Origin: an uncultured Chloroflexia bacterium
GTDB taxonomy: Bacteria; Chloroflexota; Anaerolineae; Anaerolineales; Anaerolineaceae
Assembly: GCA_963802095.1 (NCBI GenBank)
Contig: CAWDHI010000006.1
Location: forward strand, 92,302-156,301
Reading direction: 5' to 3'
Length of the DNA stretch: 64,000 nucleotides
Part shown: piece after piece, positions 38,201 through 45,021 of the stretch
Layout of the letters: each line of letters opens with the position of its first letter
Numbering within the stretch: position 1 is the stretch's first letter
The notes under the pieces: model-generated
What the model saw: the letters and a program-made list of their open reading frames with translations, nothing else
Databases searched by the model: none
Told to the model about the DNA's origin: nothing
Position numbers and translations under genes: made by a program

Positions 38201-38448
38201 GCCGCACCTCCATCACCAGGCTTCACTTTTGCGCCTTCCCGGTAGACCGAGATGGCCGCCTCGGGGCAGACCAGCGCGCATACCGCGCAACCAGTGCAAC
38301 CTACAGTGAAGATGTGTGCAGGGTGATATCCCTTGGGGGTGAGGTGCTCCAGGTTGAGTGCAAGGACATGCTGTGGGCAATCCGAGACACACAGCTCGCA
38401 GCCTTTGCATAGTTGTTCATCCACTTCGATGGTGCCTTTGACGGGCAT
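38197..38448 (-). CDS. 2-oxoacid:ferredoxin oxidoreductase delta subunit (4Fe-4S dicluster ferredoxin)
   Basis: CKGCELCVSDCP and CTGCAVCALVCP motifs. ATGA-type overlap with the alpha subunit. RBS CAGGAGGAATGA. Confidence 0.9.
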   Translation of the reverse strand: MPVKGTIEVDEQLCKGCELCVSDCPQHVLALNLEHLTPKGYHPAHIFTVGCTGCAVCALVCPEAAISVYREGAKVKPGDGGAA

Positions 38449-38607
38449 TCATTCCTCCTGTGGGAAATACAGAGTATTTGGACAAACTCACACTAATTTT
38501 ACCTGTAATTCTCTCTAATTATGCTTCCAATTGGGTGATTGGGGAAGTGTCAGGCATCCCGATTCGGGTGGTCAAGCCTCACTGTCGGATTCTTAACTTT
38601 AAAGGGG

Positions 38608-38635
38608 TTGACAATTCGATTTCCCTCGCTATAAT
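38608..38635 (+). promoter_or_regulatory. consensus sigma70 promoter TTGACA-16-TATAAT for the ubiquitination-like operon
   Basis: TTGACA at 38608-38613 and TATAAT at 38630-38635, both perfect hexamers, 39 nt upstream of the E1 ATG. Confidence 0.6.
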
Positions 38636-38665
38636 CTTGTTTAGTGGTCTGATTAACAAACAAGA
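38635..38665 (+). promoter_or_regulatory. 8-bp inverted repeat TCTTGTTT-15 nt-AAACAAGA spanning the predicted +1/5'-UTR (candidate operator or SD-occluding hairpin)
   Basis: Arms at 38635-38642 and 38658-38665. The right arm overlaps the only purine-rich SD-like stretch (AAGAG) before ATG 38674. Confidence 0.35.
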
Positions 38666-38673
38666 GAATAATA

Positions 38674-40317
38674 ATGACATTCAATCTTCTTCCCCGTAAA
38701 TCCCTATCCGACGTGCTGGCCGGGCGGATCGCCAATGCCATCACCAGCGGGAAATTCAAACCCCTCAGCCAGTTGCCCTCCGAACGCGAGTTGTGCGAAC
38801 AGTTCGGGGTGGGGCGCTCCACGCTGCGGGAGGCATTAAAAGTCCTGCAGGAGAATGAGCTGATCACCGGCAAGCAGGGAGTGGGCTGGTTCGTCAATGA
38901 GTTGAATGCCTCCAATCTTGCCAATGCCCGCGAGTTGGCAGCTACGGATCTCTCCCTGATCGCGGATGATACGGATAAAAAGGCGCGGGATGAATCTGCA
39001 GGACCCAAGCGGCTGCCGGTCTCGCCGGAAAAACCGCTGGTGCTGCCCAACCTGAAGACAGACCGGCAGGGGACCTTTGAGCTGATCTCCTGGTGGGAGC
39101 GCGATAAGGTGGCAAAGGCCAAGGTGCTGGTTGTGGGGGCGGGAGCGCTTGGCAACGAGGTGGCCAAAAATCTGGCGCTGATGGGCGTGGGGCAAATTTT
39201 CATCCTGGATTTCGATACCATCGAGCTGGCCAACCTGAGCCGCTCGGTACTCTACCGCGAAAGCGACACCGGCCGCCGCAAAGCCGAAGTGGCAGCCGCC
39301 CGGCTGAAGGACCTGAACCCCAATGTACGGGTGCAGTACCTGCATGCCGATGTGACCACCGGGCTGGGGCTGGGCATCCTCCGCCGGATGGATGTGATCA
39401 TTGGCTGCCTGGATAACCGCGAGGCCCGGCTGGCTGTGAACCGATTCGCCTACTGGATGAACAAACCCTGGGTGGATGGTGCCATCCAGGAGTTCCTCGG
39501 GCTGGTGCGGGTCTTCATCCCCGGGCAGGGTGCCTGTTTTGAGTGCACGCTTACTGAGCAGGCCAGGCGGGATCTTTCCCTGCGATATTCCTGCCCACTG
39601 CTGGCGCGAGAAAACGTGCTTCTTGGCAAGGTGCCCACCACGCCGACCATCGCCTCCATCATAGGCGCCATGCAGGCACAGGAAGCGCTCAAGATCATCC
39701 ATGCGTTGCCGGTTGAGGCGGGTAAGGTTACCCATTTCAACGGCATGACCAACGATATGCACACCAGCGCTTACAAACCGCGCGAGGATTGCGAATCGCA
39801 CTGGACCTACGGCGAGGTGACCGAGCTGCCTGCGAGCGCGGGCAAGACCACCCTGGGTGAGATGGTTCGCATTGTCCACGCCGACCTTGGCGCTGAGGCC
39901 GTGCTGGAGCTGGACCAGGAGATGATCATTTCCCTGAACTGCACTGCCTGCCAGACGCGCGAGCGGGTGTTGAAGCCCATGGCGGAGGTAACATTCAAAG
40001 CTGCGCACTGCCCAACCTGCGGCAACTTGCGCGAGATCGAAATGACCCACACGGTGACTGGCAAGGAGGATTACCTTTCCCTGACCCTTGCAGATGCGGG
40101 TGTTCCTGCGCTGCACATCCTGCGCGCCTATAATGCCCGTGAATACAGATTCTACGAATTGACCGGAGACTTGAAGGAAGCGCTGCACTTCAGCCATTTT
40201 GAAAAAGCTTCCCTGGTCGGTGCGACCCGCGGGATCAAAGTTCGCCTTGGAGAGGAAGAACCATCGATCGTCGTTAAACCAAAAGACAAAGGATCCAGGA
40301 TCACCCTGAAGGAATAG
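38674..40317 (+). CDS. GntR-type wHTH fused to an E1-like (ThiF/MoeB/Uba) adenylation domain and a C-terminal CxxC-x19-CxxC/beta-grasp-like region
   Basis: aa 10-78 LSDVLAGRIANAITSGKFKPLSQLPSERELCEQFGVGRSTLREALKVLQENELITGKQGVGWFV (GntR HTH). aa 148-215 KAKVLVVGAGALGNEVAKNLALMGVGQIFILDFDTIELANLSRSVLYRESDTGRRKAEVAA (E1 Rossmann/ATP site). Candidate crossover-loop Cys in RYSCPLL. C423xxC426...C446xxC449. Confidence 0.85.
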   Translation: MTFNLLPRKSLSDVLAGRIANAITSGKFKPLSQLPSERELCEQFGVGRSTLREALKVLQENELITGKQGVGWFVNELNASNLANARELAATDLSLIADDTDKKARDESAGPKRLPVSPEKPLVLPNLKTDRQGTFELISWWERDKVAKAKVLVVGAGALGNEVAKNLALMGVGQIFILDFDTIELANLSRSVLYRESDTGRRKAEVAAARLKDLNPNVRVQYLHADVTTGLGLGILRRMDVIIGCLDNREARLAVNRFAYWMNKPWVDGAIQEFLGLVRVFIPGQGACFECTLTEQARRDLSLRYSCPLLARENVLLGKVPTTPTIASIIGAMQAQEALKIIHALPVEAGKVTHFNGMTNDMHTSAYKPREDCESHWTYGEVTELPASAGKTTLGEMVRIVHADLGAEAVLELDQEMIISLNCTACQTRERVLKPMAEVTFKAAHCPTCGNLREIEMTHTVTGKEDYLSLTLADAGVPALHILRAYNAREYRFYELTGDLKEALHFSHFEKASLVGATRGIKVRLGEEEPSIVVKPKDKGSRITLKE

Positions 40318-40321
40318 ACGC

Positions 40322-41152
40322 ATGGAATCCGGCGATTCATCCTTGAAGGACAGGTTTAAAAAGACCGGCCGCGAGGCGCTCATCCTGGCAATTCGGCTGG
40401 TAGGAGTGATCTTGCCGGTGGTTGCCGCGGGTATCCTCCTGCTGCTCCTTTTTTTGCAGAATACGACTGTCCATCTGGTGGTCTTTGGTTTCACAACCAC
40501 AGTGTGCCTGGGTTTATTGGCCGGTTTCCTTTCCAGATGGATCCTAAAAAAAAGTACCTTTGCGCTACGCTTCCTGGTCGCGGTAGTTGCTTTATTTACC
40601 GGGATGGTGGTGATGTACTTGATCTCGAGCGGGATGCTGGGACTGAGCCCCTACATCCGGACTGCCATTGACTGGTACGGTCTGGTACAGATCGGGATCG
40701 GAGTGGGTGCTGTGTATATTGCAATAAAAGGGTTCCGCCGCAAGCAGGTTCAGGTCGAAGTGGATGCTCCAGCAGGATTATCCGCTGCAGCTCCCGCATC
40801 CGCGCAGCCCCTGGTGATTTCTGCGGCTGACGCCACCGTGATCACACCCGTACCTGGGAGAAGAAAATCAACGGCGAAAAAAAGCAAAAGCCCCACCAAA
40901 AAGGTGGCTGAAAAGAAGAAGGTGGTCGTCGGAAAAAAAGCAGCATCGAAAACAACACCAACAGCAAAGCGCTCCCGTAAAAAAGTGATCCTGGCGGCTT
41001 TTGATGAGCACCGCTGCCCTTATTGCCTTGAGGATGTCAAGCGCAACGATCCACGCGGGGTGGTTGTCTGCCCCATCTGCAAAGCCTACCATCACAAGGA
41101 TTGCTGGGATATCACCGGGCGCTGCCAGGTACCGCATGATACCCCGCTATAA
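40322..41152 (+). CDS. four-TM membrane protein with Lys-rich linker and C-terminal RING-like (prokaryotic RING/treble-clef) zinc finger; candidate E3
   Basis: TM helices around aa 18-46, 50-72, 80-104 and 117-136. Linker aa 180-221 has 16 Lys (KSTAKKSKSPTKKVAEKKKVVVGKKAASK...). C-terminus C232PYC235-x14-C250PIC253-x3-H257H258-x2-C261-x6-C268-x3-H272. Confidence 0.75.
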   Translation: MESGDSSLKDRFKKTGREALILAIRLVGVILPVVAAGILLLLLFLQNTTVHLVVFGFTTTVCLGLLAGFLSRWILKKSTFALRFLVAVVALFTGMVVMYLISSGMLGLSPYIRTAIDWYGLVQIGIGVGAVYIAIKGFRRKQVQVEVDAPAGLSAAAPASAQPLVISAADATVITPVPGRRKSTAKKSKSPTKKVAEKKKVVVGKKAASKTTPTAKRSRKKVILAAFDEHRCPYCLEDVKRNDPRGVVVCPICKAYHHKDCWDITGRCQVPHDTPL

Positions 41153-41173
41153 ACCTGAATTGGAGAGAAACTA

Positions 41174-42019
41174 ATGCCCGAACTATCGATCACGATCGTT
41201 ATGCCCAACGGCGGAGCCCGCCGCGCCGATATCCCCGATGACCTGCCAGTGCGCGAGATCATCGCCGAGCTGACCTCGCTGCTCAAGCTGCCCACCGTGG
41301 GTCCCGATGGCCGCCCGATGGGTTATCGCCTGGATAGCAAAGCCCTGGGCCGCGAGCTTTGGGAGACCGAGACATTCTCCGAAGCAGGTATCCCGCCCGA
41401 GGATCGCCTGATGCTGACAGCGGATATCACTGCGGGCAGCACGGCGGTGAGTGAAAGCCCGCGCATGCGCAGGCTCCGCGCAGATTACCAGCTCGTACAG
41501 GAGCTGGCGGCGCGATCAGATCTGATCAAGGTGAACGCCAAACCGGTGAGCACCGGTTTCCTGCCCGAACGGTACATCATTACTTACCTCTGCAAGAGCA
41601 TTGCGAAGGTGGATCGCAAGGGTGAGCCAGTGATGGCCAGCCGGCACCAGGTGGAGATCTACCTGCACAACCAGTATCCCCAGCGCTGGCCGGGACTGAT
41701 GTGGCTGACGCCCATCTGGCACCCCAATATCAATCACCAGAATGGCAGCGTGTGCATCGATGCCGCCTGGTGGGCAGCCAGCCGTTCGCTCGACAGGCTG
41801 GTGATCATGATGGGTGAGATGCTGCAATACAAGAATTTTCATGATGATCCAACCAAGCCACCTTTTCCGTGGGATGTGGAAGCTGCCCGCTGGTGCCGCG
41901 AGTACCGCGCCAGGCACCCCAATATTTTTCCTGTTGATCGCCGTGAATTGCTGCGGCCCGAGCGGGTCAAGCTGCGCAGCACCGCTGCCCCAAAGCCTTC
42001 ACGTGTTCGGATCAAGTAG
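41174..42019 (+). CDS. ubiquitin-like (beta-grasp) domain fused to a UBC-fold E2 with eukaryote-type HPN...Cys active site
   Basis: aa 1-88 are paralogous to the free Ubl and end ...LTADITAG|S. E2 core ...YIITYLC...HQVEIYLHNQYPQRWPGLMWLTPIWHPNINHQNGSVCIDAAWW... (HPN 183-185, Cys194). Confidence 0.85.
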   Translation: MPELSITIVMPNGGARRADIPDDLPVREIIAELTSLLKLPTVGPDGRPMGYRLDSKALGRELWETETFSEAGIPPEDRLMLTADITAGSTAVSESPRMRRLRADYQLVQELAARSDLIKVNAKPVSTGFLPERYIITYLCKSIAKVDRKGEPVMASRHQVEIYLHNQYPQRWPGLMWLTPIWHPNINHQNGSVCIDAAWWAASRSLDRLVIMMGEMLQYKNFHDDPTKPPFPWDVEAARWCREYRARHPNIFPVDRRELLRPERVKLRSTAAPKPSRVRIK

Positions 42020-42055
42020 TTGGTCGTTCGATTCAAATCAAAAAAGGAGTTCAAA

Positions 42056-42322
42056 ATGACAGACAAATCTGTGACGCTTGTACTACCCTCCGGTGGAAGC
42101 CGCACTGCAGAAGTGCCGGATGATGTTCCCGTGAAAGAGCTGCTCCCCGAGCTGACCACTTCACTGGCTTTGCCGGTGACGGGGCCTGATGGCCGCCCAA
42201 TCAGCTACCGGATCGACAGCAAGGCCCTGGGACGCGAGCTACTGGAAGATGAAACCCTGGCAGCCGCGGGAATCCCGGCCGAAGACCGTTTGATGATCAC
42301 CGCGGATATCACCGCCGGGTAA
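42056..42322 (+). CDS. free ubiquitin-like (beta-grasp) protein ending in ...ADITAG-stop
   Basis: RBS AAAAGGAG 6 nt before the ATG. MTDKSVTLVLPSGGSRTAEVPDDVPVKELLPELTTSLALPVTGPDGRPISYRIDSKALGRELLEDETLAAAGIPAEDRLMITADITAG. C-terminal Gly directly before the stop. Confidence 0.8.
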   Translation: MTDKSVTLVLPSGGSRTAEVPDDVPVKELLPELTTSLALPVTGPDGRPISYRIDSKALGRELLEDETLAAAGIPAEDRLMITADITAG

Positions 42323-42350
42323 ACAAAAACCACTGTTCAAAGAAGCCAGC

Positions 42351-43022
42351 ATGGAAAACAGCCAGAACCGCATTCGCTTGATCCCGGAACACCTTCAGCC
42401 CACCCAGCAAGGACGCATGCCTTTAAAGCGTTCGATCCGCTGGGTGCCGGCGGGGGGTGAGGATAGCCAGACTGCCCCGGCGGTGGAGATCTTCTTCAGC
42501 CAGCGCGCGTATATCCGCGCATGCGCCATCGCCGGGCAGGATCTGAATAACGAAACCGGCGGTTGGCTGTTGGGAAAACACCGTGTGGATATTACGAGCG
42601 GACGCGACTATGTGGTGATCGACCGGGTGCTGCCCGCCGAGGCCACACGCTTCGGGCGGGCGCACCTGACCTTCACGCAGGATAGCATAGTGGCGATCAA
42701 CCGGGAGATGGAGGAGTGCTACCCTGGTAAGGAGCTGGTGGGTTGGTTCCATACCCACCCGCGCATGGGGGTCTTCTTTTCCACCTGGGATCACTGGCTG
42801 CACGAGAATTTTTATCCTGCTACCTGGCAGGTGGCGCTGGTGATCGAACCATACAATTTCTGGGGCGGGTTCTTCACCCAAACCACGGACGGGAACCTGG
42901 ATAACCACCGTTATTTTGGTTTTCACGAACTGACCGGCAGGGATGGGCGCAGCGTTGTGCTCTGGCGCAACCTGGTGCCCGCAAGTACCCCAAAGGCAGG
43001 TAAAGGAGGTTGTTTTCAATGA
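42351..43022 (+). CDS. JAB/MPN (JAMM) metallopeptidase; candidate Ubl-processing/deconjugating enzyme
   Basis: ...NNE68TGGWLLG... and ...GWFH134TH136PRMGVFFS144TWD147... give the complete E...HxHx7Sx2D JAMM motif. Confidence 0.85.
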   Translation: MENSQNRIRLIPEHLQPTQQGRMPLKRSIRWVPAGGEDSQTAPAVEIFFSQRAYIRACAIAGQDLNNETGGWLLGKHRVDITSGRDYVVIDRVLPAEATRFGRAHLTFTQDSIVAINREMEECYPGKELVGWFHTHPRMGVFFSTWDHWLHENFYPATWQVALVIEPYNFWGGFFTQTTDGNLDNHRYFGFHELTGRDGRSVVLWRNLVPASTPKAGKGGCFQ

Positions 43023-43936
43023 GCCGTGCAATGCGGATCTATTACTTTGCCATCCTGGGGGCCATTGGAGGGTTGTTTGCCTGGCAGGCAAGCAATTACC
43101 TCGGGTTGTCGTTCTTTGGCAACCTGTATATAAGCGAGCTGGGAGTGGGAGCGCTGATCGGTTTCCTGATCGGTGCGTGCATCGGGCTTTCCGATGGATT
43201 AATGACCAGAAATTACCACCAGATGTGGCAATCCGGGCTGGCAAGCGGCCTGCTCGGCATGGCCGGTGGAGCCATCGGGCTGCCGCTTGCGGAGGCTGTT
43301 TTCCAGCTGACCGGCGGGATGCTCTTCAGCCGGATGATCGGTTGGGGAATCTTCGGGCTGGCGATCGGGTTCGCCGGGGGAATCAAAGGCGGATCGCAAG
43401 CCTGGAAAAGCGCCCTGGGAGGGCTTCTTGGCGGCGCGCTTGGGGTGTTGCTGCTGGAGGTTTTCCGTACGCTGGTTAAATCACCGGTCTACGGAAAAGG
43501 CGCCGGGCTGCTGCTGCTGGGAGCGGGGATTGGCGCGTGCATTGCGCTCTTCACCTACCTGCTTACCCGTGCCTGGTTCGAGGTGACCAGCGGCAAGATG
43601 CAGGGCACCGAGTTCATTTTGGATAAATTCCTGAAAAAGGGAGGACCGGCGGCATTCATCGGCAGCTCTCCCATGAAGTCCGATATCGTCCTGCCGGACC
43701 CGGATATCGCCCCCCAGCATGCCATCTTGCGCGGGGCTGACACCTATTTCGTCCTGAAGGATCTCAGCCTGGGCGGGACTTTCATCGATGGGAAAAAGAT
43801 GGAGGAGGCGCCGCTGCGGGACGGGCAAACGATCAGCCTTGGGACATACGAAGATCGATCTACCGGGAGAAGAGAGGCTAACCATGAACAAGAACATTTC
43901 GAAAAATTATCGCCTTTTTCGTCTGCCTGGGATTGA
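43019..43936 (+). CDS. glycine-zipper-rich polytopic membrane protein with C-terminal FHA domain (frame break near 43845; probable true stop about 43881)
   Basis: ATGA overlap with the JAB stop. About 6 helices full of GxxxG (GVGALIGFLIGACIG, GLLGMAGGAIG, GWGIFGLAIGFAGGIKGG, GGLLGGALGVLLL). FHA core ...FIGSSPMKSDIVLPDPDIAPQHAILRGADTYFVLKDLSLGGTFIDGKKMEEAPLRDGQTISLG... Confidence 0.75.
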   Translation: MSRAMRIYYFAILGAIGGLFAWQASNYLGLSFFGNLYISELGVGALIGFLIGACIGLSDGLMTRNYHQMWQSGLASGLLGMAGGAIGLPLAEAVFQLTGGMLFSRMIGWGIFGLAIGFAGGIKGGSQAWKSALGGLLGGALGVLLLEVFRTLVKSPVYGKGAGLLLLGAGIGACIALFTYLLTRAWFEVTSGKMQGTEFILDKFLKKGGPAAFIGSSPMKSDIVLPDPDIAPQHAILRGADTYFVLKDLSLGGTFIDGKKMEEAPLRDGQTISLGTYEDRSTGRREANHEQEHFEKLSPFSSAWD

Positions 43937-44975
43937 TCCTTTCGCTGACAGCAGCACCGGTGCATGCCGGGGATGAGCCGGTGGTGCGCATCACCCAGGT
44001 GGATACATCGCGCTTCCCGCTGGTGACAGTCTATATCTCGGTGACCGATGCCAACGGGCAGCCACTGCCGGTCAACCCGGGCAGCCTGGTGGTGATGGAA
44101 AACGGCCAGCCGGTGGATGCCCAGCTCCTGCAGGGCGCAGGTGAAGCAGGTCCGGTCACCACGCTGCTGCTCATGGATACCTCAGGCAGCATGGCCACCG
44201 GCAAGAAGCTGATGCGCGCAAAGGAAGTGGCCAGGGATTTCATCGGCCGCATGCGGGCAGGTGACCAGACCGGCATTCTGGCATTCAACACCGACCTGAC
44301 CCTTGCGCAGGCTGTCACCGACGATACAGACTGCGCTGGATAATGCCATCGATAAGCTTTTTGCGCGCGGAGATACCGCCATGTACGACGCCCTGGTGAG
44401 GGGTGAGGATGTTCTGGCGGATGTGCCCGGGCGGAAGGCGATCGTGGCGCTGACGGACGGGATGGATAACCGCAGCTCGGTGAAAGCCGCAGACGTGATC
44501 GGGAAGATCGCAGCCAGCGGGCTGACCATCTCGACCATCGGGCTTGGGGATTCCAACCAGACCAGCGGCAGCCAGACCGCGCTGGATGAAAAGGCGCTGA
44601 GGTATCTGGCGGAAAATAGTGGCGGACTCTATAGCTTCGCCAAGGACCCTGCTGCACTGGCAGCGATCTATGAACTCTACCAGCGCGGGCTTCAGAGCGA
44701 GTACGCGGTGACGTACACATCACCTTCCTCCCTGCGTGACGGGCTGAATAGGGTGCTTTCGGTCTCGCTGAGCGAGCAGGCGGCTGCAGTACCTGCGAAA
44801 TACAACCCCGGCGGGCTGGTGCCCGAGGTGGGTCAGCCGGCATCCTGGGGAGCGTTTCTCGGGATGCTTGGGTTTCCTGGTGCTTCTGCTCTTCGTGCCA
44901 ACCATCGTGAAGGAGGTGCGCATCCGCAGGGAGCACGGCGCCCTCGAAAGCAGCCGAGCCATCGGGGAAGGTTAA
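43884..44975 (+). CDS. von Willebrand factor A (vWA) domain protein with signal peptide and C-terminal TM anchor (3 frame breaks)
   Basis: MNKNISK(K)IIAFFVCLGLILSLTAAPVHA after correcting an A-run. MIDAS LLLMDTSGSM. ...GDTAMYDAL...ALTDGMDN...TISTIGLG... Tail ...FLGMLGFLVLLLFVPTIVKEVRIRRE... Frames change near 43905, 44325 and 44870. Confidence 0.75.
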
Positions 44976-45021
44976 GCTGAAGGAATCTCCTTCGAAGAGG
45001 ATCAAATTGAAGTAGGAAAGT

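Noticed and set aside
36326-38245. Two ~245-aa plus-strand ORFs (36326-37063, 37505-38245)
   Set aside because: Antisense to the beta and alpha subunits of the 2-oxoacid:ferredoxin oxidoreductase.
38644-38660. Canonical GntR operator half-sites (GT-N-AC type) in the E1 leader
   Set aside because: The stretch TGGTCTGATTAACA contains GT and AC dinucleotides but is not a dyad. Only the outer TCTTGTTT/AAACAAGA arms form a true inverted repeat, so I report that instead.
38836-40500. 554-aa ORF on the minus strand, the longest ORF at the E1 locus
   Set aside because: It is the antisense shadow of the E1 gene. It is rich in Arg/Gly/His/Pro as expected from reverse-reading high-GC codons. It has no recognisable motif, whereas the plus-strand frame carries unambiguous GntR and E1 motifs.
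42423-43244. 273-aa minus-strand ORF across the JAB/FHA junction
   Set aside because: Antisense shadow. The plus frames contain the complete JAMM motif and FHA-protein helices.
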